Of a DNA stretch of 64,000 bases, positions 43,335 through 56,245 are shown piece after piece (position 1 is the first letter of the stretch; each line of letters starts with the position of its first letter). The position numbers were made by a program, and so were the translations under genes. The notes beneath the pieces are model-generated. The model was not told the DNA's origin. It worked only from the letters and a program-made list of their open reading frames with translations, and searched no databases. This DNA is from Eledone cirrhosa (taxonomy: Eukaryota): NCBI GenBank assembly GCA_964016885.1, contig OZ024747.1, forward strand, positions 65,162,001 to 65,226,000, in the 5' to 3' direction.

Positions 43335-43796
43335 ATATATATATATAGATATATATATATAGATATATATATATAGATATATATATATAGGAACGAGTAG
43401 GACCCCGACGGCTGAGCTCAAGCCGTTTCGACGGCTAATTCTGGACTAATTGTTCCTATTACCCACTCTACTACCCTAAGTATTGAGTACTTTGGTGCGT
43501 TATGGTCCACCTGGTTCCTTACCACATTTCCTTCATTATATATATATATATATATATATATAAAGAGTAGTAAGCTCATGTGTGGGAATGCAACAAAATA
43601 GGGTGGAGATCCTTAAAGATAGAAAAATAAGTTGTCATTGACCACTGTGAGGAATCAAACCCTGAATCTCTGAAATAGCAACTAACCAGTGTCTAGGGGG
43701 TACAGATTGGACCTTGAGCTGATCACACCTCAGTAAATGTAATGAAGATCTAACACCTCGTCCTTTTTATTATTATTAGTATATATATATATATAT

Positions 43797-44495
43797 AAAT
43801 GAAAAATGGCGTGTTGCGTTGTTGCAAATGGAATACATATGAATAAAAATAGAGCGAGAAGACAGGGCGTCCGTCATCAGTGATCTTCCAGCCGTCATTG
43901 GTACTTCTTCGCATAAAAGATCATATACCTCTGACTGGTGCGAGCAATAACTAAAAAAAATTATTGAGAAACGTAGAATAGAGTGACACAGCACGCCATT
44001 TTTCATTTATATTTTTTCCCTCTACTGTGACCAGTCTGTTTCTTTCTTACTGCTATCCTCTTTCTCTGTATCTCTCACCTTCATTTCACCCCCTCTGCCA
44101 GTCACTCTCTCTCAGCTGGCCTCTTCCTCACACTTTCACTCACTCACTCTGCTACTCCCCCTCTCTCACTTCCTCTCGTCTGACCTGTGTGAAATCCTTT
44201 TCTCGCTTACATCTCGCATGGCTCGGACGTGTCTGTGTCGCTCCTCATCCATGAACTTAAGTTCACAGATATCACGGACTTGTTTCCCCTCTTCCTCTCT
44301 TTCCGTTGCATTACCATCTCTGTTTGTTTACATGTCTCGCTCGCTTCACCCTATTCTACATGTCCCAATAACTTTTTTTAGTTATTGCTCGCACCAGTCA
44401 GAGGTATATGATCTTTTATGCGAAGAAGTACCAATGACGGCTGGAAGATCACTGATGACGGACGCCCTGTCTTCTCGCTCTAATTTTATTCATAT
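43797..44495. repeat. Nested inverted-repeat element (~145-bp arms) between (TA)n tracts
   Basis: About 43838-43985 is the reverse complement of about 44345-44495, and the ORF track shows the same peptide on both strands. Confidence 0.9.
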
Positions 44496-45238
44496 ATATA
44501 TATATATCATCATCATTTTACGTTCACTTTTCCTTGCTTGCAAGATGCAACACAGCATCTCTCCATTTGTCATGGTATACATACATACATACATGGTGGC
44601 TGCCAACTTGTTTTCGAGTACAGCCACTACTTTATATCCATGTAGGAGAACCCCTACCGAAGCGCTGAAGGAGTGTGACTTTTTAGTCCAGCCAGCGACT
44701 TGAAAACTCTGGTACAAACACTACACTTGTGACAATTATTGACACATAGTGCTGGGCCCATGGTACCATGTGATGACAAGTGCAGAGAGATCTCCAGATA
44801 TAAAGCAATACCTGTGCCGTGAAGCTTTTATAGTGAGCAAAGGCACTGCACAAAGCCAGTCCCACTCTCTTAACCAAGATGATATTTACCAAAAAGAAGA
44901 ACAAGTCAACATCATTGGATACCATCAGGGTTGCAGGTGTTATATCAGAGTTTTCCTTCTCTTAGAATTCTGCCTTGACAAAGGCTAAGAGGTCATCTCT
45001 CCCGGTGATTTTGGATGGCCATTGACTCTTAACTGCTCCTTTGCCCTTTGTCAGGTTTTGTTTTTAGTCCTGCAGGATGTCCAAAGTCACCCTCCTCACC
45101 AAGAAACCTTGGTGGGGTTGCCAGTTTAGTCGCCAACGACCCGACCATGGGACAGGTTGTACTGGGATATATGTTACCAATAGCACCACCTGGTGACCTG
45201 ACATAGTTGCCAACGACCCAATCATGATATATATATAT

Positions 45239-45271
<33 letters not shown>

Positions 45272-45275
<4 letters not shown>

Positions 45276-45590
45276 CACATGGCTTAGTGGTTAGAGCATT
45301 GGCCTTGCAATCGAAAGGTTGTGAGTTCAATTCTCAGACCGGGTGATGTGTTGTTTCCTTGAGAAAGACACTTTATTTCACATTGCTCCAGTTTACTCAG
45401 CTGTAGAAATGAGATGATAGGGACTGGGGTCCCTATCATTCCACTGCAAAGTGGTCGTGGATGTGCCACACCAAAAAAGCACCCACCACTCACTGTAAAG
45501 GAGGTTGGTGTTAGGAAGGGCATCCATCTGTAGATATCAAGCCAGAATCAGTTGCAAGCAGGGAAAAGCGGACATATGATGATGATGATA
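45272..45590 (+). mobile_element. tRNA-head SINE with RTE-derived tail (other copies about 12547-12884 -, 30648-30970 +, 34375-34720 -, 54930-55270 -, 63808-64000 -)
   Basis: A box TGGCTTAGTGG, B box GAGTTCAATTC, central ccttgag.aagacactt..ttgctcc domain (Meta-SINE-like), tail ggtgttaggaagggcatcca...gaaaagcggac(atg)n shared with the RTE LINE. Confidence 0.8.
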
Positions 45591-46288
45591 TATATATATA
45601 TACACACACACACACAAACACACATACACCCATAGCTCCAAGTTGTGATTATTGTCAGCTCTATGTATTTTATACAAACCAGACAGATTACCACCATTAA
45701 TGGCTTTTAATATCACAGAGAAAATTAAAATATTTCTGGCCAAACTACTTGTAGTTCTTTGGTTTCCCTGAAGGCCATCGTTAATATCTTAATGAAGAAA
45801 GATTATTTATAGATTATTTCAACTAGGAATAATATTTCGAATAGAAATATTACAATTCACAAACTTAATCTATTCAGAACTAAATAAACATTGAAAGGGT
45901 AAGGTCAAGTTTGGATATATTATCTTTTTATTTATATTTTCTATTAATTTTCTCAATAGTAAAATATGATGGATATAAGAAAAAATTAGATTCACATTGT
46001 AACATAATATCAATGTCTTAAATATTGCTGTTATACAATAGTCTTTGGGAATTATTTACATTTTATAAATTCTTTTCCTGGTTTCAGTCATTTGACTATA
46101 ACCAGCCTGGAGCGCCACCCTCCAGAGAATTAGTCAATCACATTAATTAACCCCAGTAGATTTTCTTTTATCCCATATGGTAGTTATTTCATCAATCTCT
46201 TTTTGTCAAACCACTAAGTTACATGGCATAAACACAGACATGTCCGTCTCCTCAATCTTTCTATTTCTTCTTTAATTTGTCATTCTAG

Positions 46289-46322
46289 CTTCTGATGAAG
46301 GACTAGCGTCCAAAACATTAAG
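46289..46322 (+). ncRNA. Decayed copy of the same minimal hammerhead
   Basis: ctt-CTGATGA-A-GGAC tagc GTCC-AAAAC-ATT-aag, with two CG>CA changes relative to the 55922 copy. Confidence 0.65.
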
Positions 46323-46787
46323 ATTCTTCTCCTACTATATCAAGAATAAAAATAATAATATATCTCTTCATTGTACTGTCTTTGTTATTTCTGTTTGCCG
46401 TTTGCATATATATATTTCTAATTAATGTTGAGCCAGCAACCACTCTGTATGCAAATGAGTTTCAACAGCTCATAAACATAACTGGAATTCTATAAGAATC
46501 CAGCTTCAATATTTTTGGCAGAGACAGAGGGATAAGTACTCTTTACAACCACTAATAAGTGAGAAAGGGTGACCATCAATTGTTTTTGCTGAAGCTAGGC
46601 ATGTGACATTAGTCACTACCTTAAAATTCATAGCAAAAGGCCTTCAAAATGTTTTAAAATAAACATACAGTATATTATTAAATATACAATATGTACATTC
46701 ATATATATATATAAATATATATTCGATGGCCTTCTAGAGTTTCTTGACCAAATTTCACTGCCAAGGCATTGGTCAACCTGAAGTTAC

Positions 46788-46987
46788 NNNNNNNNNNNNN
46801 NNNNNNNNNNNNNNNNNNNNNNNNNNNNNNNNNNNNNNNNNNNNNNNNNNNNNNNNNNNNNNNNNNNNNNNNNNNNNNNNNNNNNNNNNNNNNNNNNNNN
46901 NNNNNNNNNNNNNNNNNNNNNNNNNNNNNNNNNNNNNNNNNNNNNNNNNNNNNNNNNNNNNNNNNNNNNNNNNNNNNNNNNNNNNNN
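46788..46987. other. Assembly gap, 200 N
   Basis: Run of N. Confidence 1.
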
Positions 46988-47562
46988 AGGCACCTATTGA
47001 GTATATGGAGATTATTATTATTTTCATATCTTATTGATATTCAATAGTAAAAGACAACTTTGTTTATGTTGCAGTGAATTATTATAAAAATGAGTAATGA
47101 ATAGCTATATTTCATATCCTTTAGTATTTTTCTCTCTTTCTTTCAGTACATTCATACACATATACATGTATACATACACATACACACAAATTCTCATACA
47201 CATGCATACACATATACATATATACATACACATATACACACACACATATTCACAGACATACACATATACATATATACATACACATATATTCTAACATGCA
47301 TATGCATACACATATATATATATACATATACACATACACATGCGTACATGCATATATATACACACATGTATATATACACACACATATACACATGTATATA
47401 TACACACACATGTATATATACACACACATATACACATGTATATATACACACATATATATATATATATATATATACACACATTCATACATATATAGACATA
47501 CACACACACACACACTTATACCACATACATACAATATATATATATATAAATATATATATATA

Positions 47563-48587
47563 CTAGCAGAATGGCCCGGCGTTGCTCGGGATTCTAAACA
47601 TAGATTGGCATGTTTATCCCTCCTTTCTGAAACAGTACAGAGAAGTACGGAATAGCCCGGCCTCGAGATGGTGTCTACATTTTGTGCTTATAAATAAAAA
47701 TTTGTCATTACCAGGATTTTTCTCCGTGTGAAGAAAATCAATACTTTATCGCGAAATAAATACTTTTGTTTATATTTTGTTATTGCGTATGCAAAAATAT
47801 CTGTACACGAATATATAATTATATATATATATATATATATTATATATATTTATTAAAATAACAGATTAAAGTTTAAGCAAAGAATCGCTGCTTTCACCCT
47901 TAACGGATTTTAGTCTTCAAATTTATTATTATTACTATATATTTATATATATATATATATATATATATAATTATATATTTGTAAATGTGGTTGGTGTTAG
48001 GAGGGGCATCCAGCCAAAGAAAACCTGCCAGACAGTCCTATACGAGCAAGACAACCAATCTTGCCTCAAGTGGGACAATTCCTGTCTAAATTCATGCTCG
48101 CATGGAAGATAGATGTTAAACAATGATGATGATGATATATATTAAAATAACAGATTAAAGTTTAAGAACAGAATCGCTGCTTTCACCCTTAACGGGATCT
48201 TCTGAAACTAAAAAGATCAATCTGTGAACGCAGAAGTAAATATTTCAAAAAACGTTACACACTATATATATATATATACACACACACTATATATACATAT
48301 ATACACACACACACATATAGCGTCATAATGTTATAATGCAGACAGCCAGACATACAGACAGATATTATAAGGGCGCAACGTTATATCTATGTATCTATCT
48401 AAAAAGAGAAAGACTAAGAATTATAGAGAGAGATCACTAAATCGCCTAATGCGGTCCCTAGGGCATTGAAAATTTGAAATGTTTTTTTCTCAAAACACTC
48501 ACAGGACCATAAACAATCGGTTGGGTGGTTCTCGAGCTTTAGGGAATCAGACAGACAGACAGACATTCTCTGTTTTAGATATATAGA
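47563..48587 (-). mobile_element. Non-autonomous Helitron, family 2, with internal RTE-tail insertion
   Basis: Homologous to 10670-11541, with an insert at about 47908-48139. Confidence 0.8.
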
Positions 48588-50592
48588 AGATATTTAAACA
48601 CTGACATGGCAGAGAACTGATAGTCATTTGAGACATCAGATTTAAAAAGCTTTGTTATCTCTTTCCGTTCTCTGCACTCCGAGTTCAAATCCCACCAACG
48701 TCAATTTTCCCTTTTATCATTTCATGATCAATAAATAATAATGATTTCTCATTTCGGTAGAAGGCCAGCAATTTTGAGGAAGGGGAAAGTTGATTAAATC
48801 AGCCCCAGTGTGTGACTGGTACCTTATTTTATCGACCTTGTAAGGATGAAAGACAAAGCTAACCTCAGCAGGATTTGAACTCAGAACATAAAGGGTCAAA
48901 ACTCCATGCCACGAAGCAGGGTGTCTGATGCTCTACTGATACTGCCAATCCATAATGTGCCAGTCCAGTATTGGGGTCGATTCTTCTTTTAACTTTCATT
49001 CTGTTGCCTTCTCTTTAAGAAATCAGCTGTGTTCCAACCTGAAGAGAGATGCGCTCCACCATGTTTAAAATGCCCAAAACACACTGTTTACAGAACAGCA
49101 CACCCTATGATTTCATCATCAGTTAAGGCCTCTTTAGACTTATACACACACAGACAATATAATCATGCTTTTTACTTATTTACACTAAATTTTCATTTGA
49201 ATTGTAGCATATCATTTCAGACTAATGGATCAGCAGAATTGTTAAATTATTGTACAAGATGCTGTGCAATGTTCATTTTATTTCTTGCATTTTAAGTTCA
49301 AATCTCAATGTGGTCTACTTGAGTGAAAGATTTAAACCATGGGATCATTTCAGTCAACTTTGCTGCAGTTTTCAGGCTAGGTTTCCAGGTTTGAGGATAC
49401 CAGCCTCTCTCTCTCTCTTCCACCACACTCAGAAACCCTGAAAGAAGCCTTGGGCACTGCCTTTCCTTTTTTTAACTAAACAGAAATAACAAATAAGTTG
49501 CATAATAATCATTTCTACTTTTGGCACAAGGCCATCAATTTCAAGGGATTGGGAGAGTCGATTAAATCAACCCAGGTGTATTACTGGTACTTATTTTATT
49601 GACCCTGTAAGGAAGGCAATGCTAACCTTAGAGGGATTTGAATTCAGAATGTAAAGTGCCATAACTGTATACTGCGAAGCATGTTGTCTGACACTTTACC
49701 GATACTGCCAATCCTTCACCTTGTTAGCTTCATAATAATGGTGCCTTGTCTACTTGAATATCTTACACCTCCAACCTAAAACACCTCACCATCACACCAT
49801 TACACTGCCACACCATCACACCTCATTACCAAAACACAAAATACTATCTATGTTTTTGTTTAAACTTTCATTGGACAAAGAATCACATAGCTGTCCACTT
49901 CTGTCTCTTTATTTATTCCAATCCTAACTGATAGGGTCACATATAAATTAACAGCTGTGAAAAAAAACTTGAGAATAACTAATTTCCTTTGCAGCTTTAT
50001 CTTCAATAAAACTGAATATTATATTGTTAATGTTTTAAAAAATTATCACATACTTAACTGATAATATTTATATATTTTTTTGCTGTGTCTTAACATTAAA
50101 TTATTGATTTTTGTTTTTTTGTAACTTTAGAGAAAGTTCAGAGTTTTTGTGTAAATTACAGAGAGACAAACGTATGTATATTAGTGGGTCTTGTATGACT
50201 TACTAGAAATAAAGACATTCCTCTCAAATAACACCCAATTGCCTTAAAAAACAATCTAGACACTACACTGAGTAAGAAAGCCTGGGTAATGATGGACTGA
50301 GTCACAGGTTTTCTACAAATATATACTTATATATATCATCATTATCATCACAGCTTAATGTCCATTTTCCCCCGCTAGCATGAGTTAGATGAGTTGTCCC
50401 ATTGTGAGCAATACCAGGTCGGGTGACCATGTCTCGTCCATACAAAACTGATTGTGGCCTGGTTTCTACAGCAGGATGCCCTTCCTAACACCAACCACAT
50501 TTACAGTGTAGAATGAAGAAGGCCGTATTCTCCATACAAAGCTTTCCTGATGATTTCTTTTGAATGAAACATTTTTAGTCCTGTAGAATCCA

Positions 50593-50623
<31 letters not shown>

Positions 50624-50767
50624 GTTGTTACACAACAGTTAGTTCACCATACCGAGAACAATTGTTTCACTTTAGCGGATCCTCAGCTGTTATGTAATCA
50701 CTTCTACTTAACTCGTCACATGGACTGAGTGCTCTACCACTACGGATATTACCTTCCAGTGTTCTAC

Positions 50768-50837
<70 letters not shown>

Positions 50838-51486
50838 AAGAAAGATAAAAGCAAAATTAAGTAATGTGAAAATGGGGAAGGGGTAAGGAAGGGTACATCT
50901 GGCTGTGAAGGAAAGTAGAGGAAAAGACTATGAAAGCCATAAATGAGAGGAAAGGGAGGGCAAAAGCAATATATTATATTTGTCATTATATTAATATTAA
51001 TTAAGGCGGTGAATTGGCAGTATGGGTAGAGTGTCGGACGCCATGCTTTCCAGCATAGTTATGTCCCTTTACAGTCTGAGTTCAAATCCCGTCGAGGTTA
51101 ACTTTGCATTTTCGATAAAATAAAGTACCAGTAATATACTGGGTAATTGCTGGCCTTGTGCCAAAAGTAGAAACAATTATATTAATATTAATCACAATCA
51201 AAAACTATTTACTACTACACCAACCACTACACCAACCATCAAATATATATAAGCATGGAAAGTGGACATTAAACGAAGATGATGATGATGATGATGATGA
51301 TATATATAAAACCCCACCTGGGCAGGATGCCATTCCATTGCAGGGTTAACACTCCTGCTATTGCTGGTACTCATTTTCAACTGAGTATACTGAAGCAATG
51401 TAAAAATGAAGTGTTTTGCTCAAGAACACAACATGCAATCCAGCCCAGTAATCGAACCCATGACATTATGATTGTAAGTCCAACAC

Positions 51487-51568
<82 letters not shown>

Positions 51569-51603
51569 GTAAGAATATTTTCGAAACAGCGAGTGGGTTT
51601 GAA

Positions 51604-51858
51604 ATTATTAGAAATGTAAGCTATCGCCGTATTTTGACTAAAGAAATTAAAGAAATTATTTAGCCTGATAGACGGGTGATGTGTTGGTGTAAATGGTAAC
51701 ACAGTGGTCCGGATAACCAAAGATGTGGGTTTGACTCCCATGTACGTAAATACTCATCATTTTGCATTTCTCCGAGGGTTCTTAACCCCACTATCAGGCT
51801 AAATAATTTCTTTAATTTCTTTAGTCAAAATACAGCGATAGCTTACATTTCTAATAAT
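51604..51858. repeat. 68-bp inverted repeat enclosing a tRNA-like sequence
   Basis: Arms 51604-51671 and 51791-51858, one mismatch. Confidence 0.9.
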
Positions 51859-51889
<31 letters not shown>

Positions 51890-52369
51890 ATGTGAGTATG
51901 TGTGTGAGGTTGGTGTTAGGAAGGGCATCCAGCTGTAAAAACCCAGTCCAAATTTACAGTCCTGTCAGAGCGAGGTACCACATGGCCAATCTTCACCAGA
52001 ATTGTCTATCGACGCGGACGGCCCATCTGACCCATGCAAGTATGGATACATGGACATTAAGCGGTGATGAGGATGATCAAGATGATGATGATGATGATAT
52101 ATATATATATATATATTATTTATGGGAACCAAACTATAATTTGAAGTGAAATCAATTTAAAGCTGTCTCTAAGTATTGTTTAAATGATTTACACAAGCAA
52201 CTCTCTTGCTTCCAATTCATGTCTTCCATATTTACTTTATATTTAGAAACAGAGAATTTCAATGTCCATTCCAGTAGCTATCATTGAAAACTTTAATGAA
52301 ATAATAAATATAAGACAAGAAATAATATATAGAATTAATTAGAGTCACTTTAATGGATGCTATTCATCA

Positions 52370-52920
52370 TGTTGTGGTGCTGGTAGTTGGTGCGGTGGCA
52401 GCAGCAGTGGTAGTAGTGGTGGTGTTGGTGGTAGTTGCGTGGGTAGTGGTGGTGGTGTTGGTAGTAGTGGTGGTGTTGGTGGTAGTTGCGTGGGTTGTGT
52501 GTGTGGCGGTGGTGGTGTTAGTGAGGTAGTGGTGGCGAAGATGGTGGTTTTTGCTGTTGGTTTTGGCAGTAGCAGTGGTAGTGGGGGCGGTGTGGTAGTT
52601 TGATAGTTGTGGTTGTGGTGGTGGTGGTGGTGGTGTTGGTGGTGGTAGTTGGTGTGGTGGTGGTGGTGGTAGGCTGGTGGCAGCAGCAGTGGTAGTAGTG
52701 GTGGTGTTGGTGGAAGTTGCGTGGGTTGTGTGTGTGGCGGTGGTGGTGTTAGTGAGGTAGTGGTGGCGAAGATGGTGGTTTTTGCTGTTGGTTTTGGTGG
52801 GGTTTGGCAGTAGCAGTGGTAGTGGGGGCGGTGTGGTAGTTTGATAGTGGTGGTTGTGGTGGTGGTGGTGGTGGTGGTGGTGTAGACAAGGGTAGTGGGG
52901 GTGGTAGCAGTGGTAGTGTG
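52370..52920. repeat. (GGT/AGT)n low-complexity tract with an internal duplication
   Basis: gttagtgaggtagtggtggcgaagatggtggtttttgc occurs twice (about 52517 and 52748). Confidence 0.9.
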
Positions 52921-53086
52921 GCAGAGCTAGTGGAATGTGTAGCTAGAAATTCTGATTATGGAGAATATTAACACAAATATTAATTGGTAAATTGAAGATA
53001 TTTCTAGTTAAATACATTAATTCTTCCCTTTACCCCAATAGCTATTTATCTATCTATCCATTCATTTCATTCATCATATATATATC

Positions 53087-53130
<44 letters not shown>

Positions 53131-53257
53131 GTGGTAACACAACAGTTAGTTCACCATACCGAGAACAATTGTTTCACCTTAGCGGATCCTCAGCCTGAAA
53201 CAATTATTCCCAGTATGGTGAACTAACTGTTGTGTCACCACTTCTACCTAACTCATC

Positions 53258-54009
53258 CCATGGAATTTCTTCTCTAGTTCAGCCATTGATTCAGCTATGA
53301 GCGTTAGATCATCTGTGTATAGGAGTTCCCATGGGCAGCCAGTCTTGAACTACTCTGTTATAGCCTGAAGGGCAATAATAAATAGGAGGGGGCTAAGGAC
53401 AGAGCCTTGGTGAACACCAACTTTTACACTAAATTCTTCACAATATTCATTGTTAATTCTAACCTTACTGACTGTTTCATTATACATAGTTTGTATAGCT
53501 CTCACAAGCCATTCATCTACACCTAGTTTTCTAAGAGCCCACCTGATAATGGAGCAGGGGACTCTGTCAAAGGCATTCTCCAGGTCTACAAAAGCTAAGT
53601 AGAGGGGTTTACTTTTAGCTAGGTACTTCTCCTCTAGTTGTCGTACAAGGAAAAGAGCGTCTGTGATAGTTGGTGTGGTGGCAGCAGCAGTGGTAGTAGT
53701 GGCGGTGTTGGTAGTAGTGACACAAACCCAAACTGCATTTCATCTAGATCAATTCGCTCTCTGATTAGTTGCGCTATAACTCTTTCTGTGACTTTCATGA
53801 CCTGGTCAACTAACTTAATGCCTCTATAGTTTCCCCTATCTAGAGCATCCCCTTTACCCTTGTAGCAGTTAATGATGATGCTGCTACGCCAGTCTTTCGG
53901 TATGACCCCATTCTGTATTACTTGGTTAACTATACGGGTGACCATAGTATGTCCCACCATTCCAGATGCCTTCAACATCTCAGCAACTATTCCCGAAGGC
54001 CCAGCTGCC
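53258..54009 (-). mobile_element. RTE-clade LINE reverse-transcriptase fragment, disrupted
   Basis: AAGPSGIVAEMLK...CYKGKGDALDRGNYRGIKL...QFGF, then FVDLENAFDRVP...GVHQGSVLSPLLF...LLYTDDL. One in-frame stop, and a GT-rich replacement at about 53634-53718. Confidence 0.9.
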
Positions 54010-54325
54010 GAAGGTCATCCACTTATAGAAGCCATGGCAAATATTGAAGCATGAAAGCAAATTGTGACTCATCTAGGAAGGTAATAATTTGAAAAACAAA
54101 CTAACATCGCAATACCCTGTCAAACCGATACCTGTATAGAAAGTGGTTGGAAAATTGATTGATGATGGTGATAATGATATATATATATATATAACGGAGG
54201 AGTTGTGGTAAGGAACCAGATGGACCATAACACACCAGTGTACTCAATACTTAGGGTAGTAGAGTGGGTAATAGGAGAAAGTATGACTCCGATGGCAGAG
54301 CTCTGCCGTCGGGGTCATACTTTCT

Positions 54326-54374
<49 letters not shown>

Positions 54375-54376
<2 letters not shown>

Positions 54377-54896
54377 TCATCATCATCATCATCATCGTTT
54401 AACGTCCATCTTCCACGCTTGCATGGGTTTGGACGGGAATTTTCCCACTTGAGGCAAGATTGGTTGTCTTGCTCGCATAGGACTGTCTGGCAGGTTTTCT
54501 ACGGCTGGATGCCTTTCCTAACACCAACCACGTTTACAGTGTGGACTGGAAAGTTTTTACCGTGTTACTTACACGGCCACATTACAGCATGGACTGTGTG
54601 TTTTTTTGTTGTGACACCTACGCGACCTCATTTATTTCGGACTGGATGTTGTGGTACCAACATAACTTTACATCGAAAGAGGTGGTGTGGATGGGGTGGG
54701 GATGGTGGGACGGGGGTGTATTTTTGTTAGAGGTGCCTACTGACTGTAGGTTTCGCAAGAGGTGTAAGTGTGTGAGGTCAGAATTTATCAAGTCGTCCCA
54801 GGTTTTTCTGGATCTGCCTACTCCGTGGCTACCGTCTATTTTTATCGCCCTGCACTTTTTTATACAGCTGTCGTCTTTCATGCGCATCACGTGACC
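54375..54896 (-). mobile_element. RTE 3' end fragment with internal deletion
   Basis: GHVMRMKDDSC...KTWDDL joined directly to the 3' UTR at about 54755. Confidence 0.85.
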
Positions 54897-55284
54897 ATAT
54901 ATATATATATATATATATATATCATCATTCATCATCATCATTTCATTTTACGTCCGCTTTTCCCTGCTTGCAAGGGTGGGACGGCAACTGATGCTGGCTT
55001 GATTTCTACAGCTGGATGCCCTTCCTAACACCAACCTCATTTACAGTGAGTGCTGGGTGCTTTTTTTTGCTGTGGCACCTCCACGACCACTTTACAGTGG
55101 AATGATAGGGACCCCAGACCCTATCATCTCATTTCTACAGCTGAGTAAACTGGAGCAATGTGAAATAAAGTGTCTTGCTCAAGGAAACAACACATCACCC
55201 GGTCCGAGAATTGAACTCACAACCTTTCGATTGCAAGGCCAATGCTCTAACCACTAAGCCATGTGCCTCCATAGCCATGTGCCT

Positions 55285-55357
<73 letters not shown>

Positions 55358-55363
55358 CATACA

Positions 55364-55439
<76 letters not shown>

Positions 55440-55440
55440 C

Positions 55441-55585
<145 letters not shown>

Positions 55586-55611
55586 GACACACATATATAT
55601 ATATATATATA

Positions 55612-55750
55612 CCATATTTCCTGGCGCCCTAATTTTGACAACCTAAAATTTGAAAAAAATAATAAACAACCTTCGGACTCCAGGATGCATGGTAGATTTT
55701 TGAGACTTATTTTAGTAAAAAAGTAGCGTCTTCAATGCCGGGAAATATGG
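55612..55750. mobile_element. Tc1/mariner-pogo-type MITE
   Basis: TA|CCATATTTCCTGGC...GCCGGGAAATATGG|TA. Confidence 0.7.
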
Positions 55751-55921
55751 TAGATAGATAGATAGATATGAATGTAAAAGTAATATCATCATCATCATCA
55801 TCATCACCGTTTTACGTCTGTTCTTCCACACTAGTATGGATTAGACGGTTTGTCCTGTTGTGGACAGTACAGCACATGGAAGAAATATATTAGTTTAACA
55901 CTTGAAATATCAGGAAGAGAG

Positions 55922-55957
55922 TCTTAACGTTTCGGACACTAGTCCTTCATCAGAAGA
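55922..55957 (-). ncRNA. Minimal type I hammerhead ribozyme (palindromic stem III, dimer-type)
   Basis: tctt-CTGATGA-A-GGAC tagt GTCC-GAAAC-GTT-aaga. Confidence 0.8.
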
Positions 55958-56245
55958 TGGAGTTAGAAATAGAAGATAAATAGGAAGTAAAGTGTGACGA
56001 GAGGAAGGAATGGAGAAAATGAGGAAAAAAACACATGTGTGTGTGTTAATTATGTGTGTAACTTCAGTTACAGGCAGCACCCTGTTCGAAGCACTCAATG
56101 CTGTTACGAGGTCTACCTCGTGTTGGGTTGTATTCCAGAGTTAAGGCAGCTGTAGTGTGAAGAGTGTATATAGAATAACTAAAATTGAAGTTAGTGTCGC
56201 AACATATGTACAAACTTTACATGTGTCTTTGCACATATAAACTCA

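Noticed and set aside
43335-43421. N-terminus MSSAVGVLLVPIYIY of the 845-aa ORF
   Set aside because: Read-through from an unrelated module and a microsatellite. The real N-terminus is truncated.
44447-44480. CTGATGA in the 145-bp IR arm as a hammerhead
   Set aside because: No GAAA or UH partner in a workable geometry.
46744-47047. ORFs containing X runs
   Set aside because: Artefact of the N gap.
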